Positions 1-12,440 of a stretch of 36,629 nt of DNA are shown here, piece by piece. The DNA is from Paraspadella gotoi. Taxonomy: Eukaryota; Animalia; Chaetognatha. Every line of letters begins with the position of its first letter. Within the stretch, counting starts at the first letter, position 1. Where the stretch lies: NCBI GenBank assembly GCA_051294375.1, contig CM119263.1:10327474-10364102 (forward strand), given 5' to 3'. Under the pieces are notes generated by a model that was not told the origin of the DNA, did no database searches, and was given only the letters and a program-made list of their open reading frames with translations. Both the position numbers and the translations under genes were made by a program.

Positions 1-1428
1 AAAAAAGTGAATAATTATTTCATACATACGTCCCTGATATCTCTCATACGTATTGAGAGATTTTCAATTCAATATATTCAATACGTATTTTACGTATTGA
101 AAATACATTTTTAAACATGCGAGAGAAATCGGGAGATTGTCTTCGAAACCTGAATTTTTAATGATGCATAAACGGATGAAGAGACAGACTGACAGAAGAA
201 GTGACTCGTCGCAGCTACGACAGCCGGGCGACCCCTTAACGCCTTTAAGATTTTCGGAGATTGTCAAAACACGCTGCGACAAATAAACCAAATCGGATTA
301 ATAATAACTTTCAATAAGGATTTTTTCGGAGAAGGATAATTTTCTTTTTTGTCTTAAAATTCGAGTTTCGTGAACTTTGAACGTGAGAAGGCGACAGTGA
401 CGAGTGAAACGGTGAGTCCGAATATTCAAATTAGTCGAGGTGAAACGTTGTTACTGTTGTACTTTCACGAGGTAGAAAATATTAAGAGAGAACTTGTCAG
501 AAAACGTTCTTACGTCTGACTTGACGATAAGAACGGACGAACGATGAACTAGCGCTCGTCGTAAAATCTCTTCTCACTAATTTCGAGGGAGAAATAGTTC
601 GTGAAATAGATCGTCATCTGAACCACGATTTCATTTGTCCTAACTCCTAAGAATAAGTGACACTGAGGAAAAATCGCTGTGACGTTCACTGTAGATTTTT
701 AGCACGAAAAGAATTTTTTCTCGCAGTAGAATTCGTCGTCGATCAGTGGAACTTCGTCCAATCGGTCGTCGAACGATCTGGAGTTTTCTTTATGAAATTG
801 GTACAACCAATATAAAAATTATCCATTCATTTAATAAATAAGCCATCTTGCCCCTGACTTTTGAAAGGCTTTGGTGGTTTAAGGCATCCATCACTCTTAC
901 AAGATAATGACATAGCAGGTCCCCGCAAGCTTTCAATCAAGACTCTCTCACAGTCTCGTTTATTCACTCCCAGAGTACCTGGCTTCCCTATCAATGAAGT
1001 GGTATAACATTTCAAAGAATGTTTCAATAGAACGAAAAGAAACGCTTCCACTTCCGGTCACCGAGCTCGCCGTTGTTGTCGACAATAACGTTTCAAAATT
1101 CGAATAGTATTTTGAAATTCAATATCAGTAGCAATGCTCAGCGTCACAAACGAAAGTTTTTTTTCCTTCAGTCTCTATTACAAAGCCCCAAATGCTTTTT
1201 TTAGCGGCTTGTACGTTACCAACGTTATACCGAAGCAGATTAATGTACAAGGAGGGCCAAGTGAGAATAGGCATCTTTATTGCTTATTGTTTCTGATTAC
1301 TTGACGTCATATGGGCAGTTATTAATCCTTGAAAAAAATTATGTGGTGACATAGATTTAATTTTAAATGCCGAAAAAAAACTGATAATTCAATTAATTTA
1401 ACGTAACTTAAAATTTCGCCAATAAAAA

Positions 1429-1453
1429 TCTCTCTCTCTCTCTCTCTCTCTCT
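1429..1453. repeat. (CT)n microsatellite
   Basis: Perfect tctctc run of about 12 units. Confidence 0.95.
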
Positions 1454-1618
1454 TTTACTGTTTTAACTTTCAATCGACCTGATTTTTTTTCTTTACTAAG
1501 TGACAAAGTTCATTCTCACTGGTTGAGAAATGTTCAAAAAGCAAATTTCAAAGCGGAAGATACTATTATTAATTATATTAGTCACTCAAGGTTTTCGGAA
1601 TTCTCACGATTTTTTTCA

Positions 1619-1932
1619 AGAGCGAGAGAGAGAAGGAAGAGAGAAATAGGTGTATAGACGGATAGAGAGAGAGAGAGAGATAAAGGAACAGAGTGAAAGT
1701 AAACTAGAAAGTAAACTAGAGTCATAGACGTGTTNNNNNNNNNNNNNNNNNNNNNNNNNNNNNNNNNNNNNNNNNNNNNNNNNNNNNNNNNNNNNNNNNN
1801 NNNNNNNNNNNNNNNNNNNNNNNNNNNNNNNNNNNNNNNNNNNNNNNNNNNNNNNNNNNNNNNNNNNNNNNNNNNNNNNNNNNNNNNNNNNNNNNNNNNN
1901 NNNNNNNNNNNNNNNNAGAGAGAGAGAGAGAG
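1619..1932. repeat. (GA)n-rich tracts on both sides of assembly gap 1735-1916
   Basis: Imperfect GA runs at ~1619-1680 and a perfect agag run at 1917-1932 directly after the 182-N gap. Confidence 0.8.
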
Positions 1933-2224
1933 ACAAAAGGACCAGCAGTCACAGATAGTCTCGTAGGTTTTCTTCTTCTTTTGTCGGATCCCGGTTTGAA
2001 ACTTTATAATCGGACTTTAATGCCCAAGCCAAAATGCCAAAGCCAAAACCTTTATACACAACGCGAGAAAATGATATGTAAGAGAAAGTAAAGATATAAA
2101 AAACGTAAGAAAAAAGAAGGTGAGAGAGTAATAATTTAAGCTGAGATATATAAGTAGAAATGAAAAAAGATTGAAAAGAAAAAAAACCTAAATGTGAATT
2201 TTATGATAATTGTAACGACAAAAC

Positions 2225-2225
<1 letters not shown>

Positions 2226-2264
<39 letters not shown>
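2226..2264. repeat. (CGA)13 microsatellite
   Basis: Perfect cgacgacga run. Confidence 0.95.
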
Positions 2265-2265
<1 letters not shown>

Positions 2266-2474
2266 TTTGCCTCTCTCGGCCACACATCACATCCGAAGGT
2301 CATTGGGGTCATGAGGGTGATACATCTTCTTCATAAAGTCGCTTCATAAAAAAAGCGTCATGTGTCGAGACTCGAGAATAGAGAAGACACTTTCCGGATT
2401 CGGAAATACCCCGCTCCCCTGCATCCTATCAGTTCCTCCCTGCCCCTGAACTCCACACTCTCCTTCACCCTTTT

Positions 2475-2630
<156 letters not shown>

Positions 2631-3646
2631 TAGCTTCGCTTCTATATATGAATACTCTCACCCACCCCAATTTTATTTAAACCCCGCTCTCCTTTCCCGT
2701 TTCCCTTTTAAATCCTTCAGCCCCGGATGTGTCACACGCTTGGCAAGCACCCATGCACGCGGGCGCGCACGCTTTCTCTCCTCTTTGCACGCGCGCGTGT
2801 TGCGACGCGCGCCCCCCAACTCGCGGCGACACGAATTTTTTTTATCTTTATTCTTCGACTTTTTCGCTAATACTTTTAATCATTTGCATCTGTTCAACTT
2901 TGATTTGCAAGTATGATCCTTTTTTTTTTGCGAAACATTTAAAAAAAAAAACGGATCCCTTGCCTTGGGTGAGTGAATCGTTAACTTAGATCCATGGGTA
3001 AGTCATTAGCTTGAATTTTAGGAGCGAATAAATTAGAAATTACCATTTTCGGATAAGAAGTTGTCAACTTAAATCTATCGAACAAGTATTTCGGAATTCG
3101 GATTAGTTAAATGGATATCTAAACTACAGTTAAACGAAGTTTTAAAAAATTTTTAAAGTTTGTATATATTTTAAAAGACGTTGGTTCCATTTGATAGCCT
3201 CAGCAATGATTTTGCATTTTCCACTCTTTTAAAAACCAATTTAGTACAAGCAAAAATAATATAAAATAGTTTTGTAAGTATTGACATAGTTAATAGTATA
3301 TTCCTCCATGCTCCTTTTATTCGTTTTATGGGCAATTTTGTATTTGGACGCCATTTTGTAATCGGGGATTTGCGAAATTTCAGGCGACCATGAAATGAGA
3401 AAAGATGAAAGATGAGCGTGACTATCTCGGCATTGGCCGAAGGAAGACGACAAAGATGACGACAATGAAGAACAGTAAGTCAAGATCACACTTAACTGAC
3501 ACTGATAATGGCAGAGGATAATACAAACCACAGAGATAGGGCAGAATCGATGTTGACAGTTGAAGCAATGACGACGCAGTTGATGAGAAATTTAGTAAAA
3601 GTGAAAAATAGGCGCGACTCACGTGCTCGGCAGTGACCCGAGGAGT

Positions 3647-3666
3647 CGACGACGACGACAACGACG

Positions 3667-3698
<32 letters not shown>

Positions 3699-3709
3699 AA
3701 CGACGACGA
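3647..3709. repeat. Compound (GAC)n/(GACAAC)n microsatellite
   Basis: cgacgacgacgacaacgacgacgacaacgacaacgacaac... Confidence 0.92.
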
Positions 3710-5390
3710 AGGCCGAGATTTCTATTACACGCAACAAAATAGGCGCCGTTGTTCCATAGTTTTTTCTTTTTTTTTTCTTCTTCTTTTTTATTTCCTCCAC
3801 GAAAACTTGTTTTCTCTCGGCCGAAGTTGCCGCAATAACTCTTTCCTCTTGTTTCGACCTGAAAGGTTCATCCCTTCACCCAATTTTTTTTCTCTCTTCT
3901 TTCTCTTTATTTTATTTTTTCCCCTTTTTTTCCCCCCATATTTTTTTCGTTTTTCCTTTTCCCAAATATTCATGTAGATTGTTAGCATTTTTACTCTGGG
4001 TCAATTCAAGGAAGTATTCCTTAACAACTCTTAAAACTTTACATTTGAATATTTTCTATACAGTGTTAATTTAGTCTTGAAATTTTGTCCACATCAGTCG
4101 GCTCCTTTTCTTCCTCCTAGCACCAACCCACCGGTGCGTCCCCTTAAATTCCCAGCACTCCCCTTGGCGCCGCAAAGACGTTCCGCTGCCCAGCGTCATT
4201 TCCGGTTTTCTGATCTTTCACAATCGACGGGCGCCGAAGCTGGAAAATCGCGCGGGCGCCGAGTGTCGGCGTCGTTGTCGGCGCACTTAGAAACCCTTTA
4301 CATTTTCTTAATACAATATACAATTATACACGAATCGCCACTTATCCAACGTATTTGTCATGAGTATTTCAATTTTTTTTCTCCGATCAATATAATTCTT
4401 ACGTTAATATTTAATATTTTTATATCCTCAATGTCATTTTTACGTTACTATTTCATTTTTACAATCATCAATGTCATTACTTCGTTAACAACGCTATCTC
4501 GTTGTCATCCTCATTCCTCATCGTCGTCATTTGCGTCGCCGTCTTCGCCATCGTCGCCGCTATCGTCGTCGCCGTCGTCCCTTGTTTAGAAAATTCCGTT
4601 CGGGTGATTTTTTCCCAAGAAGGATTTGTTTTTTGTTTTCATAATTCGCGCCATTAATCAATACGAGGCTCTGGACGCCGCGACGAAACGGCGAGTTTGA
4701 GGCGCGAAGGGACAAAACAGTTTATCCATTGTTTTTTCTTCTCGCGTCGTTGTCGGCGTCGTTGTCGGCGTCGTCGTTGTTGTTGTGGTTGTCGTTTACA
4801 ACGTCGTATTCTTTTTAAAGCTTTCTTTGTAATTAACGTCATCGTCTAAGCGTTTAACACTTTTTTTAAGAATCATTTTATGCTTTAATTTTTAGTTTGT
4901 TAATAAACGATATATTTAACGAGAGTGGGGGTTGCCATGCCCCTCTTAATTTATGGATAATACCAACACTTAGTTTGCCCAGTGGGTCTTCTAGATTTTT
5001 CCGTCATTAGCCTTCAGGGAACTTCGGATTCGGCGGTTTGTTCACTACCAGTGGTTAAATAGACCCGTCACCCTTTTGAAAGGAACATTCCGGGCAGGGC
5101 GAGAACCTGGGACTATTAGGTACGGAGATTACAGTGTATTATAGTGTTGTAATATGTCATATCCAACGGGTAGTGATATTACTTCCCTACAATAGCCAGC
5201 AATTATTCACTGACAAAAGCAGACTCACAAATGTAATACGCATCAACTCAAAAGGAAATAAAAAACGGGAAACCGAAAAGTCGGCGTGCAAACGCAATGG
5301 CAGCCAGTTAAGCAACTATTACTAACCTTCCACTTTTGCCCGCCTCTTAAAAGCTCATTAGTTAAAACTGTTATATTCTGGAACACGGAT

Positions 5391-5443
5391 GAGAGAAAGA
5401 GAGAGAGAGAGAGAGGAGAGAGGAGAGAGAGAGAGAGAAGAAG

Positions 5444-5477
<34 letters not shown>

Positions 5478-5478
5478 A
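5391..5478. repeat. Imperfect (GA)n microsatellite
   Basis: About 88 bp of purine-only GA repeat. Confidence 0.95.
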
Positions 5479-5873
5479 AATATTGTGATGGATTGCCAAA
5501 TAATTTTCCGTCACAGCGCGTAAAATTTAGTTCACCGGTGATTGAATTTGTAAAATATTTTCTACGAAGGATCATTATTAGTTAACACTATCACAAGAAT
5601 GCGCCAAAAACAAACAAAAAGAAGCAGCTGAATCAACTGAATCGACGACAGGTGTCGCGTCGGATGCGCGAAACATTCCCGGTCACCAAGATGGTGTTCT
5701 AATTAGTAAAAAGAGGCGAAAAACCGATCAAAGGTTTCGCGATGTATGTCAATGTAGCTGAGAAGTCACCTCGTCGAATTTGCTACGTGCAGCCTCGTTA
5801 TAATTTTACTTTAACTTGGAACGGAGAATTCAAATGGGTCCATTACAAAGTTTCCTTTCTCTTTGTCTGCGTG

Positions 5874-5981
5874 GTCGTCATCTTTGTCGTCGTCGTCGTC
5901 GTCTTCGTCGTCGTCCATCGTTTATCATTCTGGTCGTTCTCGTCGTCGTCGTCGTCGTTCGTCACTGTCGACGTCGTCGTC
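5874..5981. repeat. Interrupted (GTC)n tracts
   Basis: Several gtcgtcgtc runs separated by short spacers. Confidence 0.85.
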
Positions 5982-7927
5982 TTTTTTCTTCCGTAATTCA
6001 ATTATGAATTGAATTTAATTAGTTTTTCCATCACATTTTGAAGAATTGAAGAGAAAATAAACTGCGGAAAAGAAAAACAAACGAATTCAACAACAACAAC
6101 GACAACAATTTTCTTCTCCTCCACTTTTATCCATTTTTTTTTTTGGCAGCGACTTCAAACAAAAACCTAATTTCATAACCTAATGGCTCGAATTTAGGCC
6201 AATTTATAAACAAATTTCGCGTCGCAACTCAAAAAATGCAACCGGTTATTCTCTTTTACAATTGGAAAAAAGCGTTTCCTTTGTTTAAACGTTTTATCCT
6301 CTTTGGAAAAGTCATCTCCTCTCATTAGCAAAAAAAAATCTNNNNNNNNNNNNNNNNNNNNNNNNNNNNNNNNNNNNNNNNNNNNNNNNNNNNNNNNNNN
6401 NNNNNNNNNNNNNNNNNNNNNNNNNNNNNNNNNNNNNNNNNNNNNNNNNNNNTGTAAAACGTTTAAAAAGACTGCGTGAGCAGTTCCGCTTTGGCGAGAG
6501 TGCGAATTGTTCCGTCTTGTCACATCTCTGCGAACCTGTGATAATGCGGACGGTGAGTGACGGTCGGACGGTCGAACGCGACCCTGACGAATTCACTCTC
6601 GATAGATTTAAATCACCGAAAGAATTTNNNNNNNNNNNNNNNNNNNNNNNNNNNNNNNNNNNNNNNNNNNNNNNNNNNNNNNNNNNNNNNNNNNNNNNNN
6701 NNNNNNNNNNNNNNNNNNNNNNNNNNNNNNNNNNNNNNNNNNNNNNNNNNNNNNNNNNNNNNNNNNNNNNNNNNNNNNNNNNNNNNNNNNNNNNNNNNNN
6801 NNNNNNNNNNNNNNNNNGCTATTTTTGTACTCCGTAGGCAAAAGATGCTTCCTCTTCTCTTTCCGAAATCGGCGACCGGCGTTAATGCTTGGTCGTTAAG
6901 GCAACTCGACATTAAGACGGCAAGCATCAATAACCGAGAAAGCACATTAATTGCTTGCAATACTTTCCGACCGAACGAAATTCGTTAAGGTTGCAAGCTA
7001 TTTTAAGCGCCAACGAAATGCCCGTTCGAAGCAGCATTAAAATTTAAGGGAACGGAAAAAAGCTGTTATTGACTTTGTTAAGCCGTACTACGATTTGCGT
7101 CAATATGTCAACTGAGAATTGGGTTTAATGTAAGTTTAGAAACTTAAAAATTAATAATTAAAAATATAAAAAATATGGGTTGTCGAAAGATATGAATTTA
7201 AGTTTTTATATTCGAAAAATTATTAAATAAAAATAATATAAAAGATTCAAAATCACTTCAAGAAGAAGTACCAGAACGTTGTTTCCAACGTTCAATACTA
7301 GTCGCGTGGCAAGGTTCTCTCATTTTTTCTTTTTTTGGCTAAAGCTTTTATATATTTTCTCTCTCTCTCTCTCTCTTTCTCCTGCCTCAGATTTTCATTC
7401 TCATNNNNNNNNNNNNNNNNNNNNNNNNNNNNNNNNNNNNNNNNNNNNNNNNNNNNNNNNNNNNNNNNNNNNNNNNNNNNNNNTTTTCAATGCTTGCTTA
7501 CGGATTGTTATTTATTTGTTTGAGACTCATAAATTTGGCGGGAGATTGTTCTCTAAGTGACAGATGAGCAGAGAGACCATCAAAACGTTTTACTGAATCG
7601 CTATTCCACTCGACCTAAAGTACAGACGGTTTCTAAAACTGATGCGATACAATCTCAGCCTAAAAAAGTTTCCTTCGTCGTTCCTTACCGAACTATTCGT
7701 AATTTCCTTTCCATTCTTAACAAACGTAGCGATCCTATTTAAAATCTCTACTACAGCGATTCGGTCTACAACCCCATCAGCCACCCCATCACTTCATCAT
7801 CAACTGAAGTCGTGAACTCCATCATAAACGTCACCAACGACATTCCCAACCCAGTTCCTCCCTGAAAAAGGAATGTGATTTTCTCTCAGCGTGGTTTCGG
7901 TCGGACCCAGTTTTTGAGATGAGTTTT

Positions 7928-7928
<1 letters not shown>

Positions 7929-7959
<31 letters not shown>
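7929..7959. repeat. (CT)n microsatellite running into gap 7960-8216
   Basis: Perfect ct run abutting the Ns. Confidence 0.95.
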
Positions 7960-8459
7960 NNNNNNNNNNNNNNNNNNNNNNNNNNNNNNNNNNNNNNNNN
8001 NNNNNNNNNNNNNNNNNNNNNNNNNNNNNNNNNNNNNNNNNNNNNNNNNNNNNNNNNNNNNNNNNNNNNNNNNNNNNNNNNNNNNNNNNNNNNNNNNNNN
8101 NNNNNNNNNNNNNNNNNNNNNNNNNNNNNNNNNNNNNNNNNNNNNNNNNNNNNNNNNNNNNNNNNNNNNNNNNNNNNNNNNNNNNNNNNNNNNNNNNNNN
8201 NNNNNNNNNNNNNNNNGAATAATCGAAAAGTCGGGATAATTCAACTTTGCTTACAAAGTTTGATAAAAGTTTTGTTCTTTCGGATTTTAGGTTATAGTTC
8301 TAGTTTAATATTCCAATTCATTATAAAAACAGGCGAAGATAAAGGAAAAAATTGGGTTCCGCAGGAAAACGATCCGGGTTACCCAGAAATTCACTCAACA
8401 GCCCGCCCTTTTTCACAAGCCTTTCACTATTTCTCTTCATCTTTCTCTCCCTCCGGCTA

Positions 8460-8499
8460 CTCTTCCTCCTCCGCCTCCTCTTCCTCCTCTTCCTCCTCC
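8460..8499. repeat. (TCC/TCT)n low-complexity tract
   Basis: ctcttcctcctccgcctcctcttcctcctcttcctcctcc. Confidence 0.8.
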
Positions 8500-9314
8500 T
8501 ATTCATTCTCCTTCTGATCGGTTCCAAAAATTTTTTTCATTTCATTTTTNNNNNNNNNNNNNNNNNNNNNNNNNNNNNNNNNNNNNNNNNNNNNNNNNNN
8601 NNNNNNNNNNNNNNNNNNNNNNNNNNNNNNNNNNNNNNNNNNNNNNNNNNNNNNNNNNNNNNNNNNNNNNNNNNNNNNNNNNNNNNNNNNNNNNNNNNNN
8701 NNNNNNNNNNNNNNNNNNNNNNNNNNNNNNNNNTTTTTCCTTTCATTATTCGAGAAACGAAGCCACTATCAGTGTAGGTGCCATTTTCTTTTGCTTAATG
8801 GTTTTTGAAAAATGACTGAAGAAAAAGAGAAATCTCGCGGATGGCGTCACGTCATTATAGACGATGACGACGACGACGACAATGGTGGAGAAACTGGCGA
8901 GGATGACAACGACCATGACAAAATAATAAATATTAATAATGTTTAGTGGTTGCTATTTTGTTGTCGATAGAATATGATTTATTAAAACCAATCTAGCTGA
9001 CAAAGTCAAAGACCATCAGGCTAGCATTGATGACGACAGAGTTGTCATTAAAATTGGCGTTATTTTCTTCGCAGTCGTTGTCATTTTTTGTCGTTGTCGC
9101 TTTTAACCGCCCCCACCGTGAGCGCCCCCTCACCTCCCCCGCAACCCCCAAGCCGCCGTGCATCTCCCTACTCCCAGCGGTCCGGCTCACTGCCTACTTC
9201 TCTCCTCGCGAATGGCCTCAGATTCGATTGCAAATGGCGACGGCATAATTCCGCAGTTTTCTCGAGAGAGAGTTGGGCAGAGATATGGGTAATTACAATT
9301 TCCATTGCGTCGAT

Positions 9315-9421
<107 letters not shown>

Positions 9422-10164
9422 CGCGAATACCAGAGATTTCGGGTCAAAAGTTTTTGGCGGACGGAAGACAAAAAATCTTTTCTCGCTCAATTTTTCTTTT
9501 TCATATTTATTTGTTAGAAAATTGATCTACCGGAATTGAGTTTTAGGTTCTTAGGTAACTTATGACATATTTATTTTAGCGCTCAAAGTTTGGATTTAAA
9601 CTTTTGTGAAAGTTTAATTTTATTCCGGATGAGAAAATTCTAATAAGCGTTTGTGTAATTCCATTACTACTTATGAGAATTTGACAATAAATAACTACGA
9701 TACGTAATTTTTACGATTTCTGACATTGACTTCCTGCTACACTCCAAGACTTCCCTCAACCCTCACCGTCTAGCGCGCTGCGAGGCGCCTTGGGGGCGGG
9801 CGGCTAATTTTCACAATTTTCAATGTTATCTCACGTCGCCTCTGGTGAATAATCTCGTCTCGCAAACTCGAGAAACAAAATAGCGCCGCCGCCCTGCCGC
9901 CGCTACGCCGACGCCACAATCGACCGCACGCGCGCCGACGCACGACAGCGCGCGGAGCGTAAACGCGGATATGAAAAACACAACACCATTAAGGGAAACG
10001 ACGTTTTCATAGACCGCTATCACATCATCGTATGATTTCATCAATTATCGGTCGTCGTCGTCGTGTCGTCGTCTCGGTCGTCGGGTCGTCGTTGCGTCAC
10101 TGATGGGCGCGTTGGCGTCTGCTCATAGTTGTTCTGTGTTGTCATCGTTGATCTCCTCTCCTTT

Positions 10165-10189
10165 NNNNNNNNNNNNNNNNNNNNNNNNN
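10165..10189. other. Assembly gap of exactly 25 N
   Basis: Counted 25 N. It lies at the right junction of the block that is inverted between copies. Confidence 0.95.
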
Positions 10190-10333
10190 GAATCGACGAG
10201 GGAAAAACAATTGTTCTCCCGATTGTTTCTCTTCGCCAGCGGAAGTGGAGACGACGTGAATAATGCATCGCGACCCATAGATTCTCGAGGCGACAATGGA
10301 AGCAGATCGAGAAATAAATAAGACGAGGGAGAA

Positions 10334-10334
<1 letters not shown>

Positions 10335-10368
<34 letters not shown>
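10335..10368. repeat. (GAC)~11 microsatellite
   Basis: Perfect gac run. Confidence 0.95.
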
Positions 10369-11397
10369 TGTTTTTTTTTTGTTTCTTCGTTGTCATTTTC
10401 GATTATCGATTATGTATGATATTTTTTAGTGTTTCTTCCGGATTCTATCATGTGGATACTAATGTTTTGTTGCTCTGGATGTTTTTTTGTTTTTTTAGTT
10501 AAGCATTTTTCTTTATATCGAGGTTTCGACCTCAAGGATTCAGTTTCAAGAGGTCGACTTGTGGGCGCCACGACGCCGGAACGCCGAAACGCCGGAATGG
10601 CAAAACGCCGGAAGAGGAAAGGTGAAAAGCCGCGGGCGGAATCAAATGTAGAAAGCGCGTGGGAGGATTAGAGTGATTCCAGCGACGCCGGGAAAACGAC
10701 GCCGGTCAGGGGTCGGATGAGGACGCCGACCTGTGGTTATGTGGCGTCGTTATCGTTCTTCTAGGCGTTGGTCTTATCCGTGTTTTCTGCTGTGGATGAA
10801 AACAACATTCATACATCATGAGAATAAATCAATACAAAAGTATATTTAATAAAATAAAATAAATTTAACTTTCAAACGAATTGATAAATCAATTTTTAAA
10901 CTTATCTTGATTCCGCTGAGGAAAAATTGAAAAAAAAAGAGAAAAAATTAATGAGATTTTTTTTTATCTCGGCCACGGACGATGGCGTTCAGTGGTGAAG
11001 AGAGGATAGACCCACGCGGCTTGAGATGAGGGAGAAGTGAGGGAACAATCACAGAGAAAAAAAAAAGAAAGAGTTTGTCGCGACAGACTTCGCTCAACGT
11101 AAATAAAAGTACGTAAATGATTATTTAAACTCAAATTACCAAAGAGCTCATGAAAAGAAAATATTTTTCGTCAAATGTTGATTTCTAACCTTTGTCCTGT
11201 TTTTATCATCAACAATGTCCCTTTACGACGACGATGATATTATTAATATTTAATTCTAATCAACAGAAACAGAAATTACGAATAATCTGCAGCAACGGCA
11301 TAAGTTTATCGAATGGCATATCGAATGGCATATCCGGTTAAAGCTTGTGTTTCTAATGGTGTCAATAACGAGAACGATAAAATTATAAAAGGGATAT

Positions 11398-11510
11398 ATT
11401 ATTATTATTATTATTATTAATATTATTATTATTATTTTTATTATTATTAGTATTATTATGATTAAGATTATTATTATTATTATTATTACTATTATTATTA
11501 TTATTATTAC

Positions 11511-11588
<78 letters not shown>
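11398..11588. repeat. (ATT)~63 microsatellite, imperfect
   Basis: Long att run that gives the poly-Ile ORF 11458..11814. A noisy copy lies at ~26290-26520. Confidence 0.97.
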
Positions 11589-11592
<4 letters not shown>

Positions 11593-11663
11593 CTCGTCTT
11601 TGCGACGTTAAAATGGAAGTCAAACTTTTCGAGGATGAGAACGATAATGACGTCGACGGGGAT

Positions 11664-11742
11664 AAAGACGACGACAAAGACGACGACGACAAAGACGACG
11701 ACGACAAAGACGACGACGACAAAGACGACAAAGACGACGACG
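11664..11742. repeat. Higher-order microsatellite aaa(gac)2-4, about 6 units
   Basis: aaagacgacgac aaagacgacgacgac (x3) aaagacgac aaagacgacgac. Confidence 0.9.
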
Positions 11743-11991
11743 CTTCTCTATCCTTGCTTCGTTGACTTTCGCCCTGGGAAATCCTTGCGGTGCTGCCTAC
11801 CGCCGGCCGCCTGATTCCGATTCTTCCCATTTTGTCCCCTGCTCCCCTTTTTATCTTCGGCCCTCAACTCCCTGCCTCCCGCCTTCTGCTTCTTGCTTCT
11901 TGCCTCCCGCCTTCCGCCCCACGGGAGGAAAGTTACATCAATTATGCGCGGTCAGCCGAGCGTCAACAAGTGAACAACTGGCGTCGCCTCG

Positions 11992-12440
11992 GTGCTGTGA
12001 GCCGGACGTTGATTGGTGGAATCGGAGTGGCGNNNNNNNNNNNNNNNNNNNNNNNNNNNNNNNNNNNNNNNNNNNNNNNNNNNNNNNNNNNNNNNNNNNN
12101 NNNNNNNNNNNNNNNNNNNNNNNNNNNNNNNNNNNNNNNNNNNNNNNNNNNNNNNNNNNNNNNNNNNNNNNNNNNNNNNNNNNNNNNNNNNNNNNNNNNN
12201 NNNNNNNNNNNNNNNNNNNNNNNNNNNNNNNNNNNNNNNNNNNNNNNNNNNNNNNNNNNNNNNNNNNNNNNNNNNNNNNNNNNNNNNNNNNNNNNNNNNN
12301 NNNNNNNNNNNNNNNNNNNNNNNNNNNNNNNNNNNNNNNNNNNNNNNNNNNNNNNNNNNNNNNNNNCCGGACGTTGATTGGTGGAATCGGAGTGGCGATG
12401 CTGTGAACCGGACGTTGATCGGAGGAGTGGCGATGCTGGT
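11992..12440. repeat. 41-bp minisatellite (ccggacgttgattggtggaatcggagtggcgatgctgtgaR) spanning gap 12033-12366
   Basis: Identical unit sequence on both sides of the 334-N gap. One full unit at 12367-12407 is followed directly by an internally deleted unit. Confidence 0.93.

Noticed and set aside
827-1051. 74-aa minus-strand ORF in a CpG-poorer patch
   Set aside because: It has a non-ATG start and no recognisable motif. It could be a decayed transposon piece, but this cannot be supported without a search.
2969-3003. Two nearby splice-donor-like words (gtgagt, gtaagt) suggesting a micro-exon
   Set aside because: Such hexamers are expected several times by chance in this length, and no consistent gene model results.
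5045-5113. tRNA/SINE-like A-box (cagtggttaa) and possible B-box
   Set aside because: There is no proper GTTCRA B-box and no cloverleaf pairing.
8812-8946. Short acidic ORF MTEEKEKSRGWRHVIIDDDDDDD...
   Set aside because: It is only 44 aa, its acidity comes from a (GAC)n repeat, and there is no other support.
11308-11334. Short tandem duplications (atcgaatggcat x2; also gaaagtaaacta x2 at ~1695 and tgccMaagccaaaa x2 at ~2021)
   Set aside because: They are consistent with ordinary slippage. No inserted element lies between the copies, so they are not target-site duplications of an extant element.
11458-11814. Poly-Ile/poly-Thr ORF resembling a membrane or mucin-like protein
   Set aside because: It is a translation of the (ATT)n and (GAC)n microsatellites.
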